NCBI GenBank assembly: GCA_030141605.1
Contig: JAQGDQ010000952.1
Coordinates: 1-64,000, forward strand
Direction of reading: 5' to 3'
From: Tubiluchus corallicola
Taxonomy: Eukaryota; Animalia; Priapulida
Length of the DNA stretch: 64,000 nucleotides
Below the pieces are notes generated by a model. It did no database searches. It saw only the letters and a list, made by a program, of their open reading frames with translations, and was not told where the DNA came from. Positions 14,817 to 27,518 of the stretch are shown one piece after another. How positions within the stretch are numbered: the first letter of the stretch is position 1; every line of letters begins with the position of its first letter. The translations under genes were made by a program, and so were the position numbers.

Positions 14817-15335
14817 GCGCGTTCACACCTGCGAGTGTTCTCGCCAAGTAACTTGCAAACGGTTTCACACCTGCGAGTGTTCTCTCCAAGTAACTTGCAA
14901 ACGTGTTCACACCTGCGAGTGTTCTCGCCAAGTAACTTGCAAACGCATTCACACCTGCGAGTGTTCTCGCCAAGTAACTTGCAAACGCGTTCACACCAGC
15001 GAGTGTTCTCTCCAAGTAACTTGCAAACGCATTCACACCAGCAAGTTTTCTCGCCAAGTAACTTGCAAACGCATTCACATCAGCAAGTTTTCTCTCCAAG
15101 TAACTTGCAACCGCGTTCACACCAGCGAGTTTTCTCTCCAAGTAACTTGCAAACGCGTTCACACCAGCGAGTTTTCTCTCCAAGTAACTTGCAAACGCGT
15201 TCACACCAGCGAGTTTTATCTCCAAGTAACTTGCAAACGCGTTCACACCAGCGAGTTTTCTCTCCAAGTAACTTGCAAACGTGTTCATACCAGTGAGTTT
15301 TCTCTCCAAGTAACTCTCAAACGCGTTCAGACTAG
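14817..15335. repeat. 42-bp minisatellite derived from a MITE terminal sequence
   Basis: Unit gttcacaccagcgagttttctctccaagtaacttgcaaacgc, about 12 copies; same motif as the MITE ends at 22695 and 30160. Confidence 0.9.
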
Positions 15336-15943
15336 AGATTATTATTATTATAATTCTTTATTTTCCTCGGTACAATTAAGCTACGTTTATTATTTACATA
15401 CAAGCAAACACAACATTAGCAACAATATTACAAATTTACAGCAATACAGAAATTATTCCTAAATAAGAATATCACAATTACTCAAGAAAAGTTAGTAATA
15501 ATAATTGGAGATAAAAAATTAGAATATCATCTAGCCATATTATTAACTGCATAATTTTTAGATATATTAAAGACTATGAATTAAGTTAATGCAGAGTTTT
15601 AAATAGACTTCCTCAATAGAGTTTTTAATATAAATGGATTTTACAAAAGTTGACATTAATGACTTGTCTTTTCTAATATAGATACACTCCAGATCTTGAT
15701 TGTAAGATTCATTTCTAGGAGGTATATTGACTAGAGGGCATTCAAGTAGTAAAGGGAAGGCAGTTCGCTCCGCAGTTACACGAGACGTCTGTGAAATAAC
15801 CTAATTATGAAACGCATTGAAACTTCCTTGTACATCATTTATTATTTGAATGGACATTTGTAAACCAAGCCAAAAGAAATGATTTTATTAGCACTCTGCT
15901 TACATTAGATTCGGACTATGTTTTCTCTAGCCGGGATAATAAT

Positions 15944-16294
15944 GCTATAAATGCTTTTGCAAATCTTATCTCGCATGAATTCCTATCGTCTTTCGCTCGT
16001 ATATAAACAGTGTGTTGGTGATGAAATTTTACAACTCTCGTCGTGTTTTCTATATGCTGTTTTGTTTTTATTTATGATTATGTGAATTTACATTAGAATT
16101 GGTAATTATGTTCATTATAATTGTACTCGCTGTTTTTCATTGTGTATAATGTGTGTAAATTTTTGATACCAAGTACTAAAATATGTTCGTTATCTTTTAT
16201 TATGTACGTATGTAGTGTTGGATTATAATTTGTAACTATGTCTATTGTATAAGATCGTTGTCGTTCAATGTGTCTCATGCGTTGGATTCTAAAT

Positions 16295-16326
<32 letters not shown>

Positions 16327-16418
16327 AATAGGTTTAATATGTTGTAAATGCTTTTAGAAATTTTATACATATCCCTAGAAATAGAGGGAATGTATTCTGT
16401 ACATAGTTTTTAAAAATA

Positions 16419-16498
<80 letters not shown>
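15944..16498 (+). mobile_element. Non-LTR retroelement 3' end with (TAA)n tail, copy 1
   Basis: Near-identical to 17127-17600; degenerate GDE..L..C.LY motif; AATAAA followed by (TAA)n. Confidence 0.55.
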
Positions 16499-16499
<1 letters not shown>

Positions 16500-17126
16500 T
16501 CCTTGTCCAATAAGAAAGCTGTGGCATGCTATTTCTGTTTAACTTTGTTGGCGAGTGTTGCGGTTTTAAATCTAGCACTTCTGCCTTCTTCACAACTAAG
16601 AGACGTACGATATAAGAACTTTTATTCCACCCATAACAAGATATACAGATTGTGGTCAGTTATCAGTCAGTTGGTCAGTACGGATTGTGGTCAGTCAGTG
16701 ATCAGAGAGCAAAACTTGCGAGTTTGCTATCAGAAACGAGACTTGCTAGTCTCCTGAAGGCGTCGTTGAGTTTATTAGTTTTAGCTTCTATTGTTTTCAA
16801 TGAATCCGTTTATCAGACTTACGCTATTGCGTTGTTTATCCCCCAGCTACGTCCAAGTGAATTTTAGTCGCAGCTGGATACGCAACAACGCATAACGCAT
16901 AGCACTTTTTACGCATTCAATACAATGCCTAGCTATTGTACGAAAAAATCCTAGGACAAGTTAGACGTAACGCGAATTGCATTGATTTTACACTTTGCCA
17001 AATCCAATTTTTGAAATCTGTTTGGATCGTAGCTATTATGCAAAACGTTTCGGTAAAAGATGAGAGAATCACAGCAAGAAGATTTATTTCACATTTTTCA
17101 TGAAATACCTGGGGATTTTACGAAAT

Positions 17127-17803
17127 GCTATAAATGCTTTTGCAAATCTTATCTCAAATGAATTCCTATCGTCTTTCGTCCGTATATAAACAGTCTGTTG
17201 GTGATGAAATTTTACAACTCTCGTCGTGTTTTCTATATGCTGTTTTGTTTTTATTTATGATTATGCGAATTTACATTAGAATTGCTAATTATGTTTATTA
17301 TAATTGTACTCGCTGTTTTTCATTGTGTATAATGTGTGTAAATTTTTGTTACTAAGTACTAAAATATGTTGGTTATCTTTTATTGTGTATGTATGTAGTG
17401 TTGGATTATAATTTGTAACTATGTCTATTGTATAAGATCGTTGTCGTTCAATGTGTCTCATGCGTTGGATTCTAAATTATATATATATATATATGTGAAT
17501 AGGTTTAATACGTTGTAAATGCTTTTAGAAATTTTAGACATATCCCTACAAATAGAGGGAATATACATAGTTTTTAAAAATAAAGAATTATAATAATAAC
17601 GAATAATAATATAATATAATAATAATATAATAATAATAATATTATATAATAATACTAATACTACTACTAATAATAATACTAATGCTAATAATACTAATGC
17701 TAATAATAATACTAATAATAATAATACTAATAATAGTAATACTAATAACAATAATAACAATAATAACAATAATAAAATAATAATAATAATAATAATAATA
17801 ATT
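17127..17803 (+). mobile_element. Non-LTR retroelement 3' end with (TAA)n tail, copy 2
   Basis: Direct repeat of 15944-16420 with a longer TAA-rich tail. Confidence 0.55.
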
Positions 17804-18600
17804 ACGAAATGTCTAAATTTTGCACATTGCTTGTTACGTATATACATGTTTATTACGCAGCGAAATACATTGTGACGTAGAGCGAATGATGCTTATTCTC
17901 TCTGCCACAGCATAACGTATACAAGCAGTAATAGAGTCAAATTATAGAATCAAGTAACTCCCCAGATATTTAATCCATTATGCTCCATGCCGGCTGTCAT
18001 TACGGAACAGGTGCTGAGGTGGGAAACGCACCTGCCCGTCAACCCACTGAACCGACGAGGCCATTCCATAAGGACGGTTTCATACCTGGTATTCAACGCC
18101 ACTATGCAATGGCTTCGCATGGACGAGACCCCTACAATGTAGAAGGGTGGGTCGGAAATAAATGGCATTTCGTTTTCGTAACACTATATTATATGGTGTA
18201 CTCTGTTTCCCATTAGTACTTCGTTATTAAAAGAAGCTGTTTGAGATTGGCCCGAGGAGAGGATACTAAGCCTTTTGAAGACAAAGTTCCTCTCAAAGTG
18301 CACTCAGGAACCGAAAGAAAGGCAGAAAAGGAAGATTGGGATTTGCGAGGTTCCCTTAGGAAGTTTCTGGGGTGAATATACGCGTATGGCTTAGAGATAG
18401 AACTAAATATTCAAGCTTCTCCAATGCATCACACAACGCATTATGCTCTGAGAAGTGTAGGAGCAGCTCATTTCAAAAGATTTGTATTTAAAAGCAGCAT
18501 GAACAATGCATTGGCACAATAGCAGTACAGCGCCGCCTGGAGTGAATAGGACAAAGGAACAGTTGTGAATGACGTAATTCGTTCTACGGAACTGATTTAA

Positions 18601-19273
18601 AGCACAAGAAACCCCTTCATAAACATAAAGCTTGAAAAATTCGTTTTGAAATTTTATATCGCTTACATACCGCCTTTTTGCGTGCAGGACTTCAATCGGC
18701 AGTCACGCTGTATAAAACACGTAAATTTAAACTCCCGCGATGACCGTTAGACGCAGCCATTTTCACGACAGGTCATTTGAAACAAGTTTAGATAACATTT
18801 TGTAAAGTTTTAAAAAATAATCAGAGCATTCGTAGCGCACACGTCACTAACTAAACAAAATTTTAAATTACTGTATCTTGTCAAAAATATTAAAAATACG
18901 TTTTTTGGTAAGTGAGTGGCGCACCCTGGAGGGTGAATCAACGACATTTTACCAATTTGTGAAAACATTTTAAATAATTAATAATTTTCCTTTCTAGTTA
19001 CATAAGTCTTTCTAGCAGGTAAGCAAAAATCTAGGTAATATAGATTTGCACGGAAAGTCTTTTGAGACATAATTTAACATTGCCTTTTCTTCCCTTGATT
19101 TACGTTTGGTAGATGACGTCATGTAATGGCGACTTCGGAACAGTATTGCAGGAGATTTAAAATGAAAACAAACTAAAATTCCTTTCAGTGTGAGTACGAT
19201 ATACGCATAAAATTGTTATAAAGTAATATAATTTTTTAAGGCGATTTTTCTGAAACCTACTTCAGGTGCCCCT
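18601..19273. mobile_element. TTAA-associated non-autonomous DNA transposon (Kolobok-like MITE family A)
   Basis: Begins ttaa-agcacaagaaacc; homologous segments at 21490-21860, 32709-33522, 50105-50408 and 57072-57546. Right end uncertain. Confidence 0.6.
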
Positions 19274-19467
19274 TTTCTTGTCCTTTAGGAACAGTTTTGA
19301 TTACAGCGCCGCCTGAAGTGAATAGGACAACGGAACAGTTGTGAATGACGTAATTCGTTCTATGGAACTGATTTAAGAACAGTTTTGATTACATCACTGC
19401 CTCGGGCTGCTCACCTCATCCTCATCTTCATCATTGTCACTGCCATTGTCATTGTGTTCATTATTAA

Positions 19468-20108
19468 CCCAGATGTGTATATAGGTTTTACATGTCAAAT
19501 GTAGACCAGCGTTAACTCAAATGTAGATTTAGATAATTCAATTGTGTCTTGGTAACTCAAATGTAGACGTAGGTAATTCAAATGTGTTAACAATGGTTTT
19601 CAAGAAATCTTAAGCGCTTTTGGTAAGTCAAATGTAGACACATGTCAAGTCAAATGTGACATTGGTATCTCAAATGTGGATAGGTGGTAAAGTTTAAGGA
19701 TGTTAAATTTAATCTTCTTTAATTTCAATTTAATAATTGCTCCTAAGTTAAAATAACAACGTTATAGGCCTACTAATAGATGCACTATCTTTGGTTTATC
19801 TTTTTCTAATTTGCACTTAAATAACTTAATTACCGATTTATTCAAAGTAATGCATCTACATTTGACGTACCTAAGTCACATTTGAGTTACCAAAACACAT
19901 TCGAAATTCCTATGTCTACATTTGACTTACCTAAGTCACATTTGAGTTACCAAAACACATTCGAAATTCCTATGTCTACATTTGACTTACCTAAGTCATA
20001 TTTGAGTTACCAAAACACATTCGAAATTCCTATGTCTACATTTGACTTACCTAAGTCACATTTGAACTTTCCTGTGTCTACATTTGACGTGTAAAACCTA
20101 TACTTGGG
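19468..20108. mobile_element. MITE with CCC...GGG termini, TTAA flanks and internal 60-bp tandem repeats
   Basis: TIR ccca..tataggttttacatgtcaaatgtagac / gtctacatttgacgtgtaaaacctata..tggg; TTAA at 19464 and 20109. Confidence 0.75.
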
Positions 20109-20121
20109 TTAAATTTCTTAA

Positions 20122-20658
20122 GGGAAAACCGGATGATTGTGTAAACACAAGTTCAGAATAAAGAATGCTCTAAAATATTGAAAACTACAATAGCTTTTTT
20201 TTAAATCAAAGCTTAGATTAAATAATAATTACCTCGGATACTCAAATTTTGTTAAACTTTCAAAGCTACGCGCGGCTCAGTGAATCTACTAAGATTGGCA
20301 ACGGCGTCTTTTTGTCACGTGCACGTGGCCGACAAATCGAAGACGGTACTGTGATAACTATGATCATGAACTGCAGTGTTAGTTTCTGACTTCATATGAC
20401 GTAGAGCCCATTTTCGCGACATCACGCGTTTAAGCAGTACGCAAACGTGCTTGACGCGTAAGGGAAGACGCCTGCCATTGCACAAACTGTGGTTAGTTTC
20501 TGACGTAGGCAATAGCTGTGTTCGGTTACCATTAATTAACTTTCTAAGCTAATTATTCAAATATAAGGGACAATTGTTAACATTTATAGCCAAGAAGACG
20601 TATATTTTGCACAGTAAATTAATATGAAATTGAGTCTAAACAATCATCCGGTTTTCCT
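20122..20658. mobile_element. Kolobok-like MITE family B
   Basis: TIR gggaaaaccggatgattgt / acaatcatccggttttcct; TTAA TSD; second copy at about 32168-32706. Confidence 0.8.
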
Positions 20659-20662
20659 TTAA

Positions 20663-21099
20663 CCCTTTCAGTACCAAATTATTTTTTTAAGAAGAAAAAA
20701 TGTTTTGGCTTGGTACTTTTGTTCCCTGTGTCCTGTGCGATACACAACATTCTTTGTCTTGTGCAAAAAAATAAAGTCCGACTTTTTTAAAAACACAACA
20801 AAAGCAAAAAATGTGCTTCATTTTGCAACTGCTGATAATTTTTTAAAGTATTTAAGACATTTAGTATGCATGCTATGCTGATCTGTACAAAGTCGTCTCT
20901 AAAGTGCTGTACCTTGCGCAGTTTTTTATGCTATGTAGATTTTCTTGTTTGCCATTTTATCACCATTTTTAGTCTCTTGTTATTGGTTTAAATCAAAATA
21001 ACTATTAACAGATCAAATAACTGTCAGTTTTAAAATTTTATTAATTTTAAAGGCAGAAAATATTCTCGTATCCCACAGGATACAACGGATATGAAAGGG
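20663..21099. mobile_element. piggyBac-like MITE
   Basis: TTAA-ccctttca...tgaaaggg-TTAA; second, inverted copy at 60794-61264. Confidence 0.8.
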
Positions 21100-21238
21100 T
21101 TAAAGATATCTTAAGCTTAGGCATTACCGGATTTAGGCAGATCTGGGACAATCAGGACAGCAACAGTGTAACCAACAGAAATTAATTGCAAATGCTTAAA
21201 TTAAATCAAAACTTGAAAGTATGTATTTGGTCACTTAC

Positions 21239-21412
21239 CATTGTATTACCAAAGGTTCCGACTACAACCATACAGCTGAGCATGATCACTATTATAGATG
21301 ATAGGAACGGGTGCTCCTTAAACGGTTTGAAGAATTCTTCCCTCTCTTTTTCCCAGTCCCAAAAATCGCTAAGGTTTCTCAGCGTCGAGGTGTTGTCGAG
21401 GTTGAGCATCAT
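21239..21412 (-). CDS. Melatonin-receptor-like class A GPCR, first coding exon (N-terminus and TM1)
   Basis: MMLNLDNTSTLRNLSDF...IIVIMLSCMVVVGTFGNTM|gtaagt; N-glycosylation sequons and the TM1 GxxGN motif. An acceptor ttgcag at 21433 implies upstream UTR exon(s). Confidence 0.85.
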
Positions 21413-21976
21413 CAACACGTTTCCTTGACAATCTGCAAGTAGAGAAACAATTGTGGTCAGGAGATGACAAAAATCATCCTGTCTTCCTTTAAACTCCCGC
21501 CATGACCGTTAGGCGCATCCATCTTAACGGTAAACCGTTTGAAGCAAGTTTAGATAACACTGCGTAAAGTTTAAACAAACAATGCATTTTACTACACACT
21601 TCACCAACTAAGCAAAACTTTAAACTACTTTACATTGGCCAATAAGATAGATAATGAGTTTTTGGTGAGCCAGTGGTGCACACTGGGATATCAGTTCTGT
21701 GCCGTTTTACTGGCTGGCACGAATGTTTTAAATTATTAAGAATTTTCTTTGCCAACTACGTAAGTCTGTCAAACAGGTAAGCGCACTGCAAGGTAATATA
21801 ATCTTACACGAAACGTTTTTCGGAAAAAACTTTAAAATTCCCTTGTCTTCTCCTTTAAATTCGAGCTCATTTTAGTTAACCACGCACGCACGCACGCTCA
21901 AGAACACGCATTGCAAGCGTTCACAGTGATAACTAAACCCAGCCTTTGTGTTATACAATAATGACTTTCACTTTAC

Positions 21977-22028
21977 TATCATCATCATCATCATCATCAT
22001 CGTCGTCATCATCATCATCATCATCATT

Positions 22029-22088
<60 letters not shown>

Positions 22089-22103
22089 TTCATCATCATC
22101 ATC

Positions 22104-22135
<32 letters not shown>

Positions 22136-22176
22136 CATTATCATCACCATCATCATCATCTTCATCATCATCATCA

Positions 22177-22213
<37 letters not shown>

Positions 22214-22218
22214 GGTCG

Positions 22219-22256
<38 letters not shown>

Positions 22257-22303
22257 TTCATCATCATCATCATCATCACCACCACCATCATCATCATCAT
22301 CAT
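21977..22303. repeat. (CAT/CGT)n microsatellite
   Basis: Direct inspection. Confidence 0.95.
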
Positions 22304-22694
22304 AATGGTCTTTTGGTGACATAATCAATCCATTCTGTCCAAATGCAAGCCCAAACGAATTGACGTTCGATTTTTCAAAAAAAAAATTCCACATTTTAAA
22401 TGTCTTAAAATAATTTTCTTTACATCATGAATAATGCCCGCTATAGTAAAATTTGATGATAAAATCTCCAATTATAAATGGTGTGCTTAATTTGCATTGA
22501 AAGCAACAATTTGCAAAGTCAGGGAAAGAACTCCAGAGAGAATATGCTAATAACGACCTTTAAAAATGATTTACAGACGAAATACTGCACACATTAACTC
22601 ATGTTTATGATAGTAAAGAAAATTCAGCTGTGAAGTAAGTCTATGTGTTTCGTTACGTTAAACTCCTGTAATTGAGCCCTAGCGAAAAGTGTTA

Positions 22695-23732
22695 AGGTGT
22701 GTTCAGACTTGCGAGTTTTCTCTCCGACAGCAAACTCACAAGTGTGAACTGCTTTGCGAGTTACTCTCGGCGAGTTATTGCAAATTCTCAGCCAGTTGTT
22801 GTGAGTTGATTTCCTTCGAGTTACTGTCTAGCGTGAACGCCTCGATGAGTTACTGTCTAACGCCTCGATGAGTTAATCTCGATACTTCTCGCATGTCTCG
22901 CTAGTCTGAACACGCTTGCGAGTTACTTGACGAGTTCGTTAAGCGAGAGAGCTCGCTCGTCTGAACACGTTTGCGAGTTACTTGACGAGTTCATTAAGCG
23001 AGAGAGCTCGCTAGTCTGAACACGTTGCGAGTTACTTGACGAGTTCATTAAGCGAGAGAGCTCGCTAGTCTGAACACGCTTGCGAGTTACTTGATGAGTT
23101 TATTAAGCGAGAGAGCTCGCTAGTCTGAACACGCTTGCGAGTTACTTGACGAGTTCATTAAGCGAGAGAGCTCGCTAGTCTGAACACGCTTGCGAGTTAC
23201 TTGACGAGTTCATTAAGCGAGAGAGCTCGCTAGTCTGAACACGCTTGCGAGTTACTTGACGAGTTCATTAAGCGAGAGAGCTCGCTAGTCTGAACATGCT
23301 TGCGAGTTACTTGACGAGTGAGAGAGCTCGCTAGTCTGAACACGCTTGCGAGTTACTTGACGAGTTTATTAAGCGAGAGAGCTCGCTCGTCTGAACACGC
23401 TTGCGAGTTACTTGACGAGTTCATTAAGCAAGAGAGCTCGCTAGTCTGAACACGCTTGCGAGTTACTTGACGAGTTCATTACGCGAGAGAGCTCACTAGT
23501 CTGAACACTCTTTCGAGTTACTTGACGAGTTCATTAAGCGAGAGAGCTCGCTAGTCTGAACACGTTTGCGAGTTACTTGACGAGTTCATTAAGCGAGAGA
23601 GCTCGCTAGTCTGAACACGTTTGCGAGTTACTTGACGAGTTCATTAAGCGAGAGAGCTCGCTTGTCTGAACACGTTTGCGAGTTACTTGACGAGTTTATT
23701 AAGCGAGAGAGCTCGCTTGTCTGAACTAGCCG
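22695..23732. mobile_element. PIF/Harbinger-like MITE containing about 15 tandem copies of a 55-bp unit
   Basis: Imperfect TIR ggtgtgttcagacttgcgag / ctcgcttgtctgaactagcc; TTA on both flanks; 55-bp period from about 22897. Confidence 0.7.
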
Positions 23733-24023
23733 TTAATTAATGAATGTGACGCAACAGCACATATCTTAATAATCAAAATAATTATGACTATTATAGTTAT
23801 AATTTTAAGATGTGTTTATACCTGTGATTAATGAAACCTGTCTACACACGTATTTTTAATTAATACAAGAAATCAATTAAGACACGTTGCAACGCCATTG
23901 AAGTGGAACTTTAATTATCAATTCTAATTAATTCGTGCTTAATCACATTCCGCTTTAATGAGTTACAGTTTCCTCTATCGCACAGTGTTGGCTTGTGTGC
24001 GTACCAGCTTGCAGTCACAGAGT

Positions 24024-24370
24024 TAGTTTAAACATGATTTATTATAGGATTGGATCAGACAGTTTTAACAACATGATTTAGGATCCTCACCACAACAGAC
24101 TTTATACACTATTTGCAAGAACATTTACCGTAAGAATAGACTATAACTACACAAGCTGACAAGTTTTACTACAAGATTACATTAGATATTAGTAACATTT
24201 ACAGTAAGAATAGACTATAACTACACAAGCTGACAAGTTTTACTACAAGATTACATTAGACATTAGTAACATTTACAGTAAGAATAGACTATAACTACAC
24301 AAGCTGACAAGTTTTACTACAAGATTACATTAGACATTAGTAACATTTACAGTAAGATTTGACTATACTT
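24024..24370 (-). mobile_element. L2/Crack-like LINE 3' tail with about 3 copies of the 74-bp unit
   Basis: Reverse complement of the 319-853 family. Confidence 0.8.
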
Positions 24371-24525
24371 AGAAACGATATAAAAGTCAAGGCGAGTTTT
24401 GATAGCTATAATTAACTTTGTAGTTCCTAGACTCAGTAGTACATAACAGAAGGTTATGTAGCATTTAGGGAGTCGGTCCCGTAGGTCAGCAGTTTCCTAA
24501 CTAGTGGTCAGCAATTTCGATCAAC

Positions 24526-25339
24526 TAGTGGTCAGCATTTGCTACTTGAAAGCGAATTCGAATCGAATTTCTGACTTTCGAACTCGAATCTAACCAAATT
24601 TCAGCATTTTCGTATGCAAATCGAATTCTAATTCAGTTATAACTGTTTTCAAATAAATTTTCGAATCACTAATAAAATTTTGCAAACGAATCTCTTCAAG
24701 TGGAGGGGACACAACGTTTTTATTGTTTAATAAACGGACTTATTATAATAAAATAATAAAAAACAGCCTCATAAAGATTATGAATATTATTTTTATGCTC
24801 CAGTAAAAACACTAATAATTCGTTTTAAAGATTTTGTAAAGAAATCACAGCTAAATTGTTCTGTTTGCAAGATATTTCTAACGTTTTAACGATAAAGAAC
24901 GTACGTAGTTCAAGTGCTGAATTATTCAAATCTATAACTTTAAATTCGAATCGAATTCGAACTAAAAATGTTCTAATCGAATTGGAACGTTCGATTAAAT
25001 TCTAATACGTAGTTGAAGTGATGAATTATTCAAATCTATAACTTTAAATTCAAATCGAATTCGAACTAAAAATGTTCTAATCATGTTCGAACGTTCGATT
25101 AGATTCTAATACGTAGTTGAAGTGGTGAATTATTCAAATCTATAACTTTAAATTCGAATCGAATTCGAACTAAAAATGTTCTAATCGAATTCGAACGTTC
25201 GATTAGATTCTAATACGTAGTTTAAGTGGTGAATTATACAAATCTATAATTTTAAATTCGAATCGGATTCGAACTAAAACAATTGTTCTAATTGAATTCG
25301 ATTCGAATGTTCGAAATCGTGCAGTCAATGCTCTCCCTA
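24526..25339. mobile_element. hAT-like MITE rich in TTCGAA palindromes, with internal ~105-bp tandem units
   Basis: Termini tagtggtcagcatt / aatgctctcccta; related to 26253-26651 and 30707-30970. Confidence 0.55.
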
Positions 25340-25744
25340 ATCAACACGTAGGTGGTCCTTCTTTACATACCTTCTCCTCCAATTTCTCCTCTGCTGTTTA
25401 ATAACAGGTCCTATGGTTTTTACAGACAATGTGGCAAATCATTGACAAGGAAACGACATTAATTACTTTCCTATCTTGTCTATACAGAATAGCACGGTAG
25501 TGATGAGACTTGTCACACTTCTAGATGATGATCGTGAAATGACCAAAGGTCAAGTGCACCAGACAACGCAGAACTCCACATTTGGTAATGCCTGGAAGCT
25601 CATGCTATTGTAATAGTAATAATTCTTAGCAAGAACCTTACCTAGTTCATTTTTCTTGTTCCCACGCAAAATTCTGCTAGTGAATTGCTCTACCTACAGA
25701 CTAATGCACAATTAAGTAAAGTCCACGTGAAACAACTGAAGTTA

Positions 25745-26125
25745 CTGTATTGGTTTGCCATTTGGTTTTTTAAAAGGTTTTAAGGCAATTCTTAATAGTA
25801 CTCCACTTGGTAATCTTAGAATTTCAATAGCCATCTTAAACTTCGGAACTTGACTTTTGAACTCCAAGAAATTTCTTTCGTGCTAATGTATAAATCTTCG
25901 TTTTTGGTTATGTATGGCCATTTTGTCTTTAGAACTTTCCTAAGAAGCAAAATATGAAATGTTTCAATCTGCTTTTCTTGAGTAATCGTTAAAACACGTG
26001 TTTCACTGTTGTACATGAATATGCCGGTAACATAAACATTAAATAATCGAAGTTTCACGTTAAGACTTAATTTCTTGCTAGTTAACACATTCTTGTATTT
26101 AAGAAAATCATACAATGCTTGGGCG
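25745..26125 (-). mobile_element. RTE-like LINE ORF2 C-terminal fragment (pseudogenic)
   Basis: LSLNVKLRLFNVYVTGIFMYNSET...LLRKVLKTKWP..KNEDLY...KVKFRSLRWL, a typical RTE-clade post-RT region. Confidence 0.75.
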
Positions 26126-26252
26126 GATATATTTAATATATATATATATATATATACATAATATATATACATAATATAATACATACATACATATTTAATA
26201 CATATACATGGCTTGGGCTTTCTATTGGCTATACATGGCTATACAGAAATAT

Positions 26253-26651
26253 TATGGGTGAGCATCGAACATTCGAATTCGTTCCGAACGAGATTTTAAT
26301 TCTAATTCGATTCGAACTTAAAACTACTGATTCGAATAATTCGTCACTTCAACTACATTCCTTCTTTATCATTAAAATGTTTAAAACTTCATGTAATCAG
26401 CACAAGTTAGCGGGGATTTCTGTGCACAACTGTCAAACAAATTTTTACTGTTTTTACTACAGAACAAAGTAAGTAAGACGCGTGATCTGCGAGACTGTTT
26501 TTTGTACATTACTCGAAAATTTGTTCGATAATATTTAAACCGATTTCGAATTCGATTCGTATGCGAAAATACTGAAATTCGGTTTGATTCGAGTTCGAAA
26601 GTCAAAAATTCAAATTCGAATTTCTTTTCCGATAGACAATGCTCACCCCTA
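26253..26651. mobile_element. hAT-like MITE
   Basis: TIR tatgggtgagcat / atgctcaccccta; no clear TSD. Confidence 0.6.
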
Positions 26652-26838
26652 CTATGTATAGATCATCCCAGTCTGTTTAGTGTTTCATCTTAACGCCTGA
26701 CAATACAGAAGTGAAGTGTACACGGGAATTCAAACAACTTCTGCGAGCGGAAATGAAAACGTCTAAACCGGTTATTAACACCAGCAAAACTTGAAGCTCG
26801 TATTGGCCTCGCTAGCAGGTTCATTTCAATCAAAGAGG

Positions 26839-26971
<133 letters not shown>

Positions 26972-27518
26972 GCATGTCTGTCTGGCTTTTGAACTACGCA
27001 AAGTTTCCAAATTGGACTGCAGAATCTTTCAGAAAACTGCAGAATCTTTCAGAAAACTGACAGCTTCGGACCAAGACATTTTACAAAGCAGACAGGTTTT
27101 TAAGGAAAACTTTCATCAACTTGCGCAAAAAAAACTGGCACTGGTCATTGGTCAGCCTAGGTCACCAAGCTCCAACAGAACCCAACATAAGAAAAATGAA
27201 CTTACCTTTGAAAAAGTTTTTCAACAGAGAAAGATGCTTCGCTGAAATCCAAATTGCCAGGAAAGTTTGAGCAGCAATCAGCCGCGTCTCTGAAACCTTC
27301 TGCGCTTCAAATTACGGGACATTTATACTGAGGTCACGTGTCTGTATTGATGGACGCCGCTCGGTTACCTTGCGCATGAGACGTAATGAAAATAGATGAT
27401 AAGACATCATGCATCATTGTTGAAATTACCGTGCTAATCTATGTAACGTAATGTACCTGCGCATGTAGTTTTGACATGCAAGAAGTTGGGCTGCATAAGA
27501 TACAAGTAGAACAGAATA

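Noticed and set aside
22897-23725. CRISPR-like appearance of regular repeats (also 14817-15335, 39184-40305 and 41083-41967)
   Set aside because: Head-to-tail tandem units with no unique spacers, no cas genes, and a eukaryotic intron-exon context.
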